From an uncultured Gemmatimonadales bacterium (GTDB lineage Bacteria > Gemmatimonadota > Gemmatimonadetes > Gemmatimonadales > GWC2-71-9), in assembly GCA_963771275.1 (NCBI GenBank), contig CAVYSW010000003.1, positions 128,001 through 192,000 of the forward strand: a DNA stretch of 64,000 nt. Direction: 5' to 3'. The notes beneath the pieces were generated by a model that saw nothing but the letters and a program-made list of their open reading frames with translations, ran no database searches and was not told the origin of the DNA. Below are positions 30,167 to 39,503 of the stretch, in pieces (position 1 is the first letter of the stretch; the number at the start of each line of letters is the position of its first letter). Both the position numbers and the translations under genes were made by a program.

Positions 30167-31435
30167 CTAATGTAATCCCCCGGCCGCACCGCTCGGGCCC
30201 TCCAGCATGCGCCGCAGCAGGTCGAGCGCCGCCTGCGTCGCCCGGGCACGGATCTCCGCCCGGTCGCCCGGAAGCCCAAGCCGCACGGTGCGGCGGACGT
30301 CGCGATACGACCCCGCGAGCCAGACGGTTCCCACCGGTTTGTCGGGCGTGCCGCCGTCCGGTCCGGCGACCCCCGAGACCGCCACGGCGGTATCGGCGCC
30401 GAAGCGCGCGCGGGCCCCGTCGGCCATCGCGAGCACGACCGGCTCACTCACCGCCCCGTGGGTCGCCAGCAGCTCCTGCGCCACGCCCAGCTCGCGCGTC
30501 TTCACCTCGTTGTCGTAGGCCACCACGCCGCCGACGAACGTCGCGGAGGCCCCGGCGATGGCCGTGAGGCGCGCGGCGACGAGCCCCCCCGTGCACGATT
30601 CGGCGGTGGCGAGTCGTCCGCCGGCACCGCGCGACCGGTCCAGCACCACCGCTGCGAGGTCCGCCCCATCCCCCCCATAGTACCAGGGCACCAGCAGGGG
30701 GCGGATCGTATCGACCGCTCGTCCGAGCAGGGCCTCCCCCTCCCCGCGCGGCCCGCCCCACACCGTCACCCGCAGATCCACCCCGTCGAACGAAGGCAGA
30801 TAGGCAAGCGTCGCCGGCCGGAGCTGCGGCTCGACCGGGCCGATCCGATCGGCGAGTTGAGACTCCGCAATCCCCGTCGTGCGCAGCACGCGGCTCAGGA
30901 CCACGCTCCCGCCCGCCCGCCGGGCAACGCGCGGCGCCACCTCGTCCGCCGCCAGGGCCCGCAGCTCGTGGGGCACGCCCGGCAGGAGCACGACGACCCC
31001 CCGCCCGTCCTCGAGCCACAAGCCGGGGGCCGTGCCCTGGGGATTGGGCAGCACGGTAGCCCCTTCCGGCACCATCGCCTGCGACCGGTTGGCGACCGGC
31101 ATTGCGCCGGCGCGGCCCAGGCGCCGCCAGCGCTCCTCGAGGCGCGCGAGGTACGCGTCGTCCGGCACGAGACGAACGCCGTAGAGGTCCGCGACGGCCT
31201 GCTTCGTCACATCGTCGTTCGTCGGACCCAAGCCGCCGGTCGTGATCACGAACCGGGTCCGCCCCAGCGCGGCGGCCACGGCATCGCGGATGGCGGCGGC
31301 ATCGTCGGACACGGTCGTCTTCCGGACGACGCGCGCCCCGACGGAGGCCAGGGCGCGCGCGAGGTCGGCCGCATTCGTGTCGATCGTGAGTCCGAGTAGC
31401 AGCTCGGCCCCGATCGTCACCAGCTCAAGGTCCAT
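30167..31435 (-). CDS. cinA: CinA / nicotinamide mononucleotide deamidase-related protein
   Basis: IGAELLLG..IDTN, TGGLGPT.DD, AESCTGG, SGVAGPDGG..KPVGTV. Confidence 0.92.
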   Translation of the reverse strand: MDLELVTIGAELLLGLTIDTNAADLARALASVGARVVRKTTVSDDAAAIRDAVAAALGRTRFVITTGGLGPTNDDVTKQAVADLYGVRLVPDDAYLARLEERWRRLGRAGAMPVANRSQAMVPEGATVLPNPQGTAPGLWLEDGRGVVVLLPGVPHELRALAADEVAPRVARRAGGSVVLSRVLRTTGIAESQLADRIGPVEPQLRPATLAYLPSFDGVDLRVTVWGGPRGEGEALLGRAVDTIRPLLVPWYYGGDGADLAAVVLDRSRGAGGRLATAESCTGGLVAARLTAIAGASATFVGGVVAYDNEVKTRELGVAQELLATHGAVSEPVVLAMADGARARFGADTAVAVSGVAGPDGGTPDKPVGTVWLAGSYRDVRRTVRLGLPGDRAEIRARATQAALDLLRRMLEGPSGAAGGLH

Positions 31436-32075
31436 CAGGCGGTGTCGCGCGCCGGAACAGCTGCCGATACCGGTACAGGTAGTGCACCAGCGAGTACACG
31501 GTGACCACGATGGCGATGGCGAGGGTCGCGGCCACGACGCCGCCGTGGAACCGCTCCCAGGCGGCCCCGAGCCAGCCGCGACGCCAGCCACGTGCGGTGG
31601 CGAGGTCCTTCCACGCGAACCAGAGAATCGTTGCCCCGATGAAGATGTCCTGGATGATCGTCTTGAACTTGCCGGCGCGCCCCGCCGCGATCACCACCCC
31701 GCGGCGCCGCGCGTACACGCGGAACACCGTCATGAAGAACTCGCGCCCGAGCAGCAGCACCGCGACCCAGACCGGGAGGTGGCCCCACCAGGGGATTTCG
31801 TACTGCCGCATCGGGTAGCGCGTGATCCAGTAGATCGGGATCAGCGTCGCCAGCAGCAGCAGCTTGTCGGCGAGCGGATCGAGCAGCTTGCCGAGATCGG
31901 TGATCTGGGCGCGGCGGCGCGCCAGCTTGCCGTCGTAGATGTCGCTAAAGGCGGCGACGAGGAAGACCGCGAACGCGATGAGCTTGGGGACGTAGCCTCG
32001 GATGAACGGCAGCAGCGCGATGACCGGGGCCAGCCCGATGCGCGCCAGCGTGATGATGTTGGGCAGCGTCCACAT
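31425..32075 (-). CDS. pgsA: CDP-alcohol phosphatidyltransferase (PgsA-like)
   Basis: LPNIITLAR, D.YDGKLARR...TDLGKLLDPLADK. Confidence 0.85.
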   Translation of the reverse strand: MWTLPNIITLARIGLAPVIALLPFIRGYVPKLIAFAVFLVAAFSDIYDGKLARRRAQITDLGKLLDPLADKLLLLATLIPIYWITRYPMRQYEIPWWGHLPVWVAVLLLGREFFMTVFRVYARRRGVVIAAGRAGKFKTIIQDIFIGATILWFAWKDLATARGWRRGWLGAAWERFHGGVVAATLAIAIVVTVYSLVHYLYRYRQLFRRATPPDGP

Positions 32076-32084
32076 CGGGCCGCC

Positions 32085-32759
32085 CTAGCTCAGCGTCTTC
32101 AACACGATCTTGGCGATCGCCTTGAGGGTGTCGAACACGCCCTCCCCGCTCACCGCCACGGACTCGAAGTACGGTGCGCGCTCGATCCAGGTCCCGTCGA
32201 CCTCGTGAATCAGGTACTCGCCCGGGTGGTACGGATCCACCACGAGCCGCTGCTTGGCGGAATCGTCCAGCGGCCACCCGGGATTGAGCGCGAGCTGCAG
32301 GTCCTTGATCGGGGCCGCGTTGGGCAGGTCCCGCTTGTTGTACTGCACGACGAACGGGATCTTCGTCAGGTCGTATCCGTACTGCGCCATGTTATCGTAC
32401 AGATTCTGCATCGACTCGATGTTGGCCTCCATCCGCTCGATTTGGCTGTCGGCCACGAACACGACCCCGTCGACCCCTTTGAGGATCAGCTTGCGGGAGG
32501 CGTTGTAGTACACCTGGCCCGGCACGGTATAGAGGTGGAATCGCGTCTTGAACCCCCGGACGGTCCCGAGGTCCACCGGCAGAAAGTCGAAGAACAGCGT
32601 CCGCTCGGTCTCCGTCGCCAGCGACACCATCTTGCCGCGCGTGTCGGGCGAGACCTTGGTATAGACGTGCTCCAGATTCGTCGTCTTCCCGCCCAGTCCC
32701 GGACCGTAGTAGACCAACTTGCAGTTGATCTCCCGGGAGGCGTAGTTGATCATCGACAT
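32085..32759 (-). CDS. mglA: Small Ras-like GTPase MglA
   Basis: [45 protein letters not shown]. Confidence 0.95.
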   Translation of the reverse strand: MSMINYASREINCKLVYYGPGLGGKTTNLEHVYTKVSPDTRGKMVSLATETERTLFFDFLPVDLGTVRGFKTRFHLYTVPGQVYYNASRKLILKGVDGVVFVADSQIERMEANIESMQNLYDNMAQYGYDLTKIPFVVQYNKRDLPNAAPIKDLQLALNPGWPLDDSAKQRLVVDPYHPGEYLIHEVDGTWIERAPYFESVAVSGEGVFDTLKAIAKIVLKTLS

Positions 32760-32777
32760 GCGTTGGCCGCCCTCGCG

Positions 32778-33269
32778 CTAGTCCCCGAAGAGCTTGTCGA
32801 TCTCGTCTTCCGCGCCCTCAAGCAGCGGTCGCCGCTGCTCGGGCCCACCCGACGCGTAGCGGCTGAACAGCTCCTCGAAAGTCTTGGCGAGATCGTGGAC
32901 GGTCCGCTTCACCCGCAGCCGCACCAGGCCGACGGTCGTGCGCTCGTCGAACAGGACGACCAGGATCACGCGGCGCCCGACGTCGGCGAGATACATCGAC
33001 TCCTTTTCCCCCTGGTGGAACAAGGAGGCGAACTCCGGCTCGCCGATCATCTTGGCGAGCTGATCGTTGGCGCTGAAGTCCGCCGCCGTCAGCGACGCGA
33101 ACGCCGCGGAATCGAACTGGAGCTGCTCGCCCACGCTCGCCAGCAGCTGCCCCGTCCGGTCCACCAGCAGCGCGCAGCGCGCGCTCGACTCCCGCAGCAA
33201 GCCGCTGAGCTGCTCGGTGATGCGCTGATGGTCGCTTTCACCGAGCGACCATGTGCCGGCACCAGTCAT
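32778..33269 (-). CDS. mglB: Roadblock/LC7 protein MglB
   Basis: ALLVDRTGQL, FASLTAADFSA...LAKMIGE.EF..LFHQG, GLVRLRVK, EDEIDKLF; adjacent to mglA. Confidence 0.92.
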   Translation of the reverse strand: MTGAGTWSLGESDHQRITEQLSGLLRESSARCALLVDRTGQLLASVGEQLQFDSAAFASLTAADFSANDQLAKMIGEPEFASLFHQGEKESMYLADVGRRVILVVLFDERTTVGLVRLRVKRTVHDLAKTFEELFSRYASGGPEQRRPLLEGAEDEIDKLFGD

Positions 33270-33281
33270 CGCCCCCCCGCG

Positions 33282-33551
33282 TCAGGCGAGTTTGCCTTCC
33301 ATGCGCCGCACGAGGGCCTCCGCCCGTCGGCGCAGCATCGGCTGCTGTTCCCACGCGATGTAGTCGCGCAGCAGTCGCACCGTCTCCACCGTCGGATGCG
33401 CGCTGAGGTAGCCGAGCGCGGACAGCCGCTTGAGCGGCCGGCCGCTGAACAGCGCGCGCCGATACCGGCTGAGCGAGTGCTGCGCGAGCACGACGCCGGT
33501 CACGAGGCCGAGCCCGAGCGCCGCGAGCAGCACCTTCACCCGTGTTCTCAT
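33282..33551 (-). CDS. Small membrane-anchored hypothetical protein (89 aa)
   Basis: ATG overlaps the recR stop; one TM followed by helical repeat-like segment. Confidence 0.7.
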   Translation of the reverse strand: MRTRVKVLLAALGLGLVTGVVLAQHSLSRYRRALFSGRPLKRLSALGYLSAHPTVETVRLLRDYIAWEQQPMLRRRAEALVRRMEGKLA

Positions 33552-34147
33552 CCGTTCCCCATCTCCCGCCGCGCCGCCAGCGCGCGGGCGATCGTCACGC
33601 CATCCGCATACTCCAGCTCCCCGCCGACCGGCAGGCCCAGCGCGATCCGCGTTACCCGGACGGCACGTGGTGCCAGGGCGCCGCGCACCCAGGTGGCCGT
33701 CACTTCCCCTTCCATCGACGGGTTGGTCGCGAGGATCACCTCCCGTACCGTCGAGCCGTTGCCGAGCCGCGCCAGCAGACCCTCGATCCGCAGGTCGCCG
33801 GGCCCGACCCCGTCGAGTGGCGACAGGCGCCCGCCGAGCACGTGATACAGGCCGCGGAACTCCCCGGTCCGCTCGATCGCCCCGATGTCCGAGGCCTCCT
33901 CCACGACGCAGACGACCGATCGGTCGCGGCGCGGATCCGCGCAGATCGGGCAGGTATCGCCCTCGCACAGGTTGCCGCAGGTCGCGCAGGCACGCACGCG
34001 CTCCGCCACGGCCCGAATCGCTTCCGCCAACCGTGACACGGCGACGGGCGGCTGTTTCAGCAAATGATACGTGAGCCGGGTTGCGGTTTTCCGGCCGATC
34101 CCGGGGAGCTTCGCGAGCTCCGCAGCGAGCTCGTCGATGACCGACAC
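33548..34147 (-). CDS. recR: Recombination protein RecR
   Basis: LPGIGRKTA.RL, C4 zinc finger, EVILATNPS.EG, G.PVGGELEYAD. Confidence 0.97.
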   Translation of the reverse strand: MSVIDELAAELAKLPGIGRKTATRLTYHLLKQPPVAVSRLAEAIRAVAERVRACATCGNLCEGDTCPICADPRRDRSVVCVVEEASDIGAIERTGEFRGLYHVLGGRLSPLDGVGPGDLRIEGLLARLGNGSTVREVILATNPSMEGEVTATWVRGALAPRAVRVTRIALGLPVGGELEYADGVTIARALAARREMGNG

Positions 34148-34150
34148 GGG

Positions 34151-34468
34151 TTACAACGGAAGCTGAAACGGAAGCGGCAGTCCCCCGGTCGCCTTGCGGA
34201 GCTCTTCGCGGTAGAGCTCCTCGGCCCGCCGCTGCGCGTCGGCGATCGCCGCGAGCACCAGATCCTCCAGCATCTCGACGTCCCCGCCGGCGACGGCCGC
34301 CGGGTCGATCTTGAGCGTACGGACCTGCCCGCGGCCGTCTGCGGTGACGGTCACCATCCCACCACCCGCGGAGCCCTGAACGCTCCGTTGCAGCAGGTCG
34401 GTCTGCATCTGCGAGAGCCGGCCCTGCATCTGCTGGCCGAGCTGCAGTAATTGCGAAAAGTCTGCCAT
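34151..34468 (-). CDS. ybaB: YbaB/EbfC nucleoid-associated protein
   Basis: GSAGGGMVTV, DVEMLEDLV.AA; between dnaX and recR. Confidence 0.93.
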   Translation of the reverse strand: MADFSQLLQLGQQMQGRLSQMQTDLLQRSVQGSAGGGMVTVTADGRGQVRTLKIDPAAVAGGDVEMLEDLVLAAIADAQRRAEELYREELRKATGGLPLPFQLPL

Positions 34469-34538
34469 AGTGTGCGAATGCGCCTGCGTCGGTGTTGAAG
34501 CCTCGTGCAAGGTACCGCCCCCCTAGGGGCACCGCAAG

Positions 34539-36209
34539 CTAGTCGAGAAGCTCCAGATCGAGGGCCTCGGCAACCGCGTCAAGTGCTTGATCCTTCGCAC
34601 GATAGGCCCTGAGCCGCTGGTCGCGCTCCGACTGCTGGTCGAGCCGCCGGGCCGGCCCGGCACCGCCCGCGCTCTCGCGGCCGCGAGCGCCGCCGGCGGA
34701 CGGGAACACCACCCGCACCTGGGCGGAGAACACGGCGCTCATGGCCGCCTCGATCTCCCGCCGGTTCTTCTCGAGGCCGGGCAGATACACGTCCGTGTCG
34801 CCGTCGCTCACGGCGAGAACCACGTCCCGCCCGCGGACGTCGACCACCTGCACGTGACCCAGCGCCGCTGCGAGCATCGGGCGGCGTTGGGCGAGGCTCT
34901 CGCACAGGCCGCCCCACCGCTGGCGCACCGTGTCGAGCGAGAGCGCGGCCCCCGCGACCGGACCGCCGTCCCGCAGCAGCGCGCGCTCCGGGACGGCGGC
35001 GGGTGCCCCCTGCTCTCGGGCCGGCGCCGGCCCCGCTCCCGCCGGCTCCCGCGGGGGCAGCCCCCCCAGGGCCGCGAGCACCTGGTCGAGCTCCACCGTC
35101 CGGTCGAGCAGCGCGAGCCGCAGCAGCAGCGTCTCCACCGCGAGCCGCGCATTGGCGCTGCGCCGGATCGCCGTCTCGGCCTCCTGCAGCAGATGCAGCA
35201 TCCGGAGCACGTCCCCGGCGGAGAACTGCGGCGCCGTGCGGTCAATCACCTGGCGCAGCGCATCCGTGAGCCCCTGCGGCTCGCCACCCAGCAGTCGGAT
35301 CGCGAGCGCCCGCAGCACCTCCCCCAGACCATTCACGAACTCGGCGAGATCGGCGCCCGACTCGACGAGGCGCGCCACGAAGGGGAACACCGTCTCCGGA
35401 CGATGCCGGGCGACGGCGTCCAGCAGCTCGGCGTAGAGCTCGTCGGCGATCAGGCCCAGCGCGTCGCGCACCCGATCCGCCGTCACCGCCCCTTCGCCGA
35501 ACGCCAGCGCCTGATCCAGCAGGGAGAGTGCGTCCCGCATGCCTCCGGCCGCCACGCGCGCGATCAGGACGAGCGCGTCGTCCTCGGCCGTCACACCCTC
35601 GGCGGTCACGACCGCGCGCAGCCGGTCGACGATCACCTGGGGCCCGAGCCGCCGGAAGTCGAACCGCTGGACGCGGCTCAGCACGGGGGCGGCGGTGTTG
35701 GCGATCTTCTGCGGCTCGGTCGTGGCGAACACGAACACCACGCGCGGGGGCGGCTCCTCGAGGATCTTGAGCAGCGCGTTCCACGCCTCGCGCGTCAGCA
35801 TGTGGGCTTCGTCGATGATGTAGACCTTGTGCCGCTCGGGGCCGCTGGCGGCGTACATCGCCCGCTCGCGCAGCTCGCGCGCGTCGTCGACGCCGCGGTT
35901 GCTGGCGGCGTCGATCTCCACGACGTCGAGATTGGCCGAGCCTGCCCAGATGCGACGGCAGGAATCGCACGTACCGCACGGCTCCCCGTCGGGCACGTCG
36001 GGCGTGCCGCGGCGCTCGCAGTTGAGCGCCATCGCGAGGATGCGGGCGGCCGAGGTTTTACCGACGCCGCGCGGGCCGGTCAGCAGGTAGGCGTGGGCCA
36101 CGCGCTGCTTCGCCACCGCCCCCCGGAGGCCGGCGGCGACGTGCTCCTGGGCGATCAGGTCGCCGAAGCGGGTCGGACGGTATTTGCGCGCGAGCGCGGT
36201 GTGTGTCAT
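34539..36209 (-). CDS. dnaX: DNA polymerase III subunit gamma/tau
   Basis: LARKYRP, GPRGVGKTS, EIDAASN, IIDEAHML...A.NALLK.LEEPP. Confidence 0.97.
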   Translation of the reverse strand: MTHTALARKYRPTRFGDLIAQEHVAAGLRGAVAKQRVAHAYLLTGPRGVGKTSAARILAMALNCERRGTPDVPDGEPCGTCDSCRRIWAGSANLDVVEIDAASNRGVDDARELRERAMYAASGPERHKVYIIDEAHMLTREAWNALLKILEEPPPRVVFVFATTEPQKIANTAAPVLSRVQRFDFRRLGPQVIVDRLRAVVTAEGVTAEDDALVLIARVAAGGMRDALSLLDQALAFGEGAVTADRVRDALGLIADELYAELLDAVARHRPETVFPFVARLVESGADLAEFVNGLGEVLRALAIRLLGGEPQGLTDALRQVIDRTAPQFSAGDVLRMLHLLQEAETAIRRSANARLAVETLLLRLALLDRTVELDQVLAALGGLPPREPAGAGPAPAREQGAPAAVPERALLRDGGPVAGAALSLDTVRQRWGGLCESLAQRRPMLAAALGHVQVVDVRGRDVVLAVSDGDTDVYLPGLEKNRREIEAAMSAVFSAQVRVVFPSAGGARGRESAGGAGPARRLDQQSERDQRLRAYRAKDQALDAVAEALDLELLD

Positions 36210-36224
36210 CGAGAGCAAGAAAGT

Positions 36225-36321
36225 GCCCCAGGCTCCCCGAAGCGACGTCTGACATCGCTTAGCGCTGCTACCTGCACGGTCCTGACGCGGTTCGCGCGCA
36301 TACGCCCTTCGGACCTGGGGC
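36225..36321 (-). ncRNA. ffs: Signal recognition particle 4.5S RNA
   Basis: Terminal stem GCCCCAGG/CCTGGGGC; core GAACCGCGTCAGGACC-GTGCA-GGTAGCAGCGCTAAG; usual position upstream of dnaX. Confidence 0.9.
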
Positions 36322-36393
36322 GAATGAAAACTACCACCGGCCCCCGCCTCCAACCACCCCCGCGCCGAAACCGGGCCTCGCGTCTGGCGGAGG

Positions 36394-37065
36394 CTACTCC
36401 CCCGGGCCCTGCGAGCGGGCCAACATCGTCCGGATCGTATCGTCCTTCCCCGCCACGATCGCGACGTCCGACTCGCGCAGCTTGCGATCGGGATCCGCCA
36501 CCACCTCGAAAGTCCCGGTCAGCACGTCCTGCAGCGCGACGACCTGGATGCCGTACGTGGCCGGCAGGGCCAGCTCGCGCAGCGACTTGCCGAGCCAGCC
36601 GTCCGGGATGGCCACCTCCTGAATCGAGAAACCCGGGCCGAGGGGTACGTACTCGAGGATGCTTTTCGACGTGATGCGGTGCGCCAGTCGGTCCGCCACC
36701 TCGCGCTCGGGGAAGATCGTCTCCCGCACGTCAAACGCCTCGAGCGCGCGAGCGGCTTCGGTGCTCCCCACCTTCACGTAGATCTCTTTCACGCCCAGAT
36801 CGCGCAGCGCGAGCGTCGCCAGGATGCTCGTGGCGAGGTCCTCGCCCGTACTGACGATGGCGGCGTTCGCGCCCTCGGCTCCGACCTGACGCAACAGGTC
36901 CCGGTCGGTGGCGTCTCCCACCACCGCGACCGTGACCTTGCTCTGGTAGTGGTCCACCAGTCGCTGATCCCGCTCGATGGCGATCACGTCGTGGCCCTGC
37001 GCGTACAGGGCCCGCGCGACCCACGCCCCGAAATGCCCGAGTCCCACCACCACGAACCGTTGCAT
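36394..37065 (-). CDS. Trk/Ktr potassium uptake regulatory subunit (KtrA-like)
   Basis: VVGLGHFG, GDATD, TrkA-C domain. Confidence 0.88.
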   Translation of the reverse strand: MQRFVVVGLGHFGAWVARALYAQGHDVIAIERDQRLVDHYQSKVTVAVVGDATDRDLLRQVGAEGANAAIVSTGEDLATSILATLALRDLGVKEIYVKVGSTEAARALEAFDVRETIFPEREVADRLAHRITSKSILEYVPLGPGFSIQEVAIPDGWLGKSLRELALPATYGIQVVALQDVLTGTFEVVADPDRKLRESDVAIVAGKDDTIRTMLARSQGPGE

Positions 37066-37092
37066 GCGTCCACACTCCCCGGGCCAGCGGCC

Positions 37093-38484
37093 TCAGCCGA
37101 CAGCCACGTTGTCATAGGCATACCGGAACGGGACCCGCCGCTCCCGCGCCAGGGCCATCGCCGCCGCCAGGCTGAGCGGGCCCACCCGTCCGACGAACAT
37201 CAGCAGCGTGATGATGATCCGGCCGCTCGGCGTCAGCTCGGGCGTCTTGTTCATGGACAGCCCCACCGTGCCGAACGCGCTGTTCGCCTCGAAGACGAGG
37301 CGCGCGAACTCGTTGCGCGCGGTCGCCGTCGTCATCGGCTCCGTGAGCAACAGCAGGAATACACCTGTCGCGAGGATTGCCATCGCGGCCACGACCAGCC
37401 CCGCGGCGCTCTGTATCACATCCTCCCGCACCGTGTGCCCCTTCACCGACACGTGGCGGCGGCCGCGGAGCCGCGCCGCGAGCAGCAGCAGCAGCACGCT
37501 CACCGTCGTGGTCTTGACGCCTCCGGCCGTGCCCCCGGGCGACCCGCCGATGAACATCAGCCCCACGGTCGTCGCGTACGCAGGGTTCGACACCCGGTCG
37601 TAGTCCACGCTGTTGAAGCCCGCCGTGCGCGGCGTGATCGCCATGAAGATGGCGTTGGCCGCACGATCCCCCTGCGACAGGCCCTGCAGCGTGTGCGGTG
37701 CCTCGGACACCTGGATGATGAGCGCGGCGCCGACGACGATCACCGCCGTGGCTCCGAGCGCCAGGCGCGAGTGCGTGGACAGCCGCCGCGCCGTGCGCGT
37801 CACGTACCGCGCCCGTAGGTCCTCCAGGACGACGAAGCCGATCCCGCCCAGCAGGATCAGGCCGCCGATCGACAGCAGGATCGCCGGCGAGCCGCGCCAG
37901 CCAACCAGGTTGTCGCTGAACGTGGAGAAGCCGGCGTTGCAGAATGCCGAGATCGCGTGGAAGACCGCGTGCCACACGGCAGGCCCGGCGCCCAGCGGAC
38001 CCCGCCACAGGAGCCACAGGACCGCCGCCCCAACGGCCTCGATGCCGAACGTGAGGGCAAACACCGACCGCATCATCGCGCCGGTGGTGCCGACATCGGC
38101 ACCGACACCGGTGCCAACTGCCGCCTCCACATCGAGCCCGCTGCGCCGTCCCAGCACGCGGATGATGAGCGTGGCGAAGGTTAGGATGCCGAGCCCGCCC
38201 GCCTGGATGAGGAGCAGGAGCCACGCCTGTCCCCAGAACGTGAAGGAGGCTGCCGTGTCCACGACCGTGAGGCCGGTGACGCACACCGCGCTGGCCGCCG
38301 TGAACACGGCGTCGATGACGCCGAGCCGTGGCCCTGTGTAGAGCCCCGGAAGCACCAGCAGCCCCAGCGTCCCGGTCAGGATGAGCCCGGCGAAGGACAG
38401 CACGAAGAGCCGGACCCCCGAGATGTGTCCCCAGCGCCCCCGACGGCGTTCCGGCTGGGTGAACAGCGCGACGTCGAACCGCAC
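37093..38484 (-). CDS. Trk/Ktr potassium uptake membrane subunit (KtrB-like)
   Basis: SAVCVTGL, SAFCNAGF, RTAGF, SAFGTVGLS; GTG overlaps the upstream TAG. Confidence 0.9.
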   Translation of the reverse strand: MRFDVALFTQPERRRGRWGHISGVRLFVLSFAGLILTGTLGLLVLPGLYTGPRLGVIDAVFTAASAVCVTGLTVVDTAASFTFWGQAWLLLLIQAGGLGILTFATLIIRVLGRRSGLDVEAAVGTGVGADVGTTGAMMRSVFALTFGIEAVGAAVLWLLWRGPLGAGPAVWHAVFHAISAFCNAGFSTFSDNLVGWRGSPAILLSIGGLILLGGIGFVVLEDLRARYVTRTARRLSTHSRLALGATAVIVVGAALIIQVSEAPHTLQGLSQGDRAANAIFMAITPRTAGFNSVDYDRVSNPAYATTVGLMFIGGSPGGTAGGVKTTTVSVLLLLLAARLRGRRHVSVKGHTVREDVIQSAAGLVVAAMAILATGVFLLLLTEPMTTATARNEFARLVFEANSAFGTVGLSMNKTPELTPSGRIIITLLMFVGRVGPLSLAAAMALARERRVPFRYAYDNVAVG

Positions 38485-39503
38485 TAGGCGAGCACGCGCG
38501 CGATGATGTCCGCCGCCCGCGCCACCATCTCTGGCGTCACGTCGAGGTGGGTGACCGCCCGGAGACGGGTCGGGCCGAACGAGACCACCAGCACGCCGGC
38601 GTCCGCGAGCAGCCGGACGGCGTCGTCGGCCCGGTGCGTCCGCAAATCGAGCATCACGATGTTCGTGGCGGGCGGCCGCGCGACGATGGCGGGATGCCCC
38701 GCGAGACGCTCCGCGAGGATCCGCGCCGAGGCGTGATCGTCGGCAATGCGCGGCAGCGTGTGCTCGAGGGCGTGGAGGCACGCAGCGGTGAGGATGCCCG
38801 ACTGCCGCATACCACCCCCCAGGCGCTTGCGGATCGTCCACCCTTCGTGGAGCAGGTCCCGCGGCCCCGCGAGGCACGACCCCACCGGGCACCCGAGCCC
38901 CTTGCTGAAGCTCACCATCACCGTCGTCGCGATGGCGCCCAGGACGGCCGGGGCGACGCCCAGGGCGGCCGCCGCGTTCCACAGGCGGGCGCCGTCGAGA
39001 TGGAGCGGCAGCCCGTGACGGTCGGCCAGCGCCCGGAGGGCCCGCATGGTCTCGACGGGCATGACCGTGCCGCCGGCCGCGTTGTGCGTGTTCTCGATCG
39101 CGATCCCCCCGGTCCGCGGCACGTGCGGCGAGGACGGCCGGAGCGCGGCCTCGACCAACTCCGGGGTGAGCGTCCCGTCCGGGGTGACGACGGGGCGCGG
39201 CTGCACGCCCCACAGCGCGGCGAGGCCACCCATCTCGTAGTGGAAGAGATGCGCATTGGCCTCGAGGATCAGCTCGTGTCCGCGCCGCACGTGGAGCGCG
39301 ACGCCCGTCTGGTTCGCCTGCGTGCCCGACGGGAAGAACAGGGCGGCTTCCTGCCCCAGCAGCGCCGCGACCTGCTCCTCGAGCCGCTGCGTGGTGGGGT
39401 CGTGCTCCAGCACGTCGTCCCCGACTTCCGCGCCGGCCATGGCGCGCCGCATCGCCGCCGAGGGGCGGGTGACCGTATCACTGCGCAGATCGATCGGCAT
39501 CAT
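38484..39503 (-). CDS. ltaE: Low-specificity L-threonine aldolase
   Basis: IDLRSDTVT, VGDDV, PSGTQAN, HLDGARLWNA, SKGLG.PVGS, LGGGMRQ.G. Confidence 0.92.
   Translation of the reverse strand: MMPIDLRSDTVTRPSAAMRRAMAGAEVGDDVLEHDPTTQRLEEQVAALLGQEAALFFPSGTQANQTGVALHVRRGHELILEANAHLFHYEMGGLAALWGVQPRPVVTPDGTLTPELVEAALRPSSPHVPRTGGIAIENTHNAAGGTVMPVETMRALRALADRHGLPLHLDGARLWNAAAALGVAPAVLGAIATTVMVSFSKGLGCPVGSCLAGPRDLLHEGWTIRKRLGGGMRQSGILTAACLHALEHTLPRIADDHASARILAERLAGHPAIVARPPATNIVMLDLRTHRADDAVRLLADAGVLVVSFGPTRLRAVTHLDVTPEMVARAADIIARVLA

Noticed and set aside
34539..36209. Programmed frameshift in dnaX
   Set aside because: No A AAA AAG or poly-A slippery site seen.
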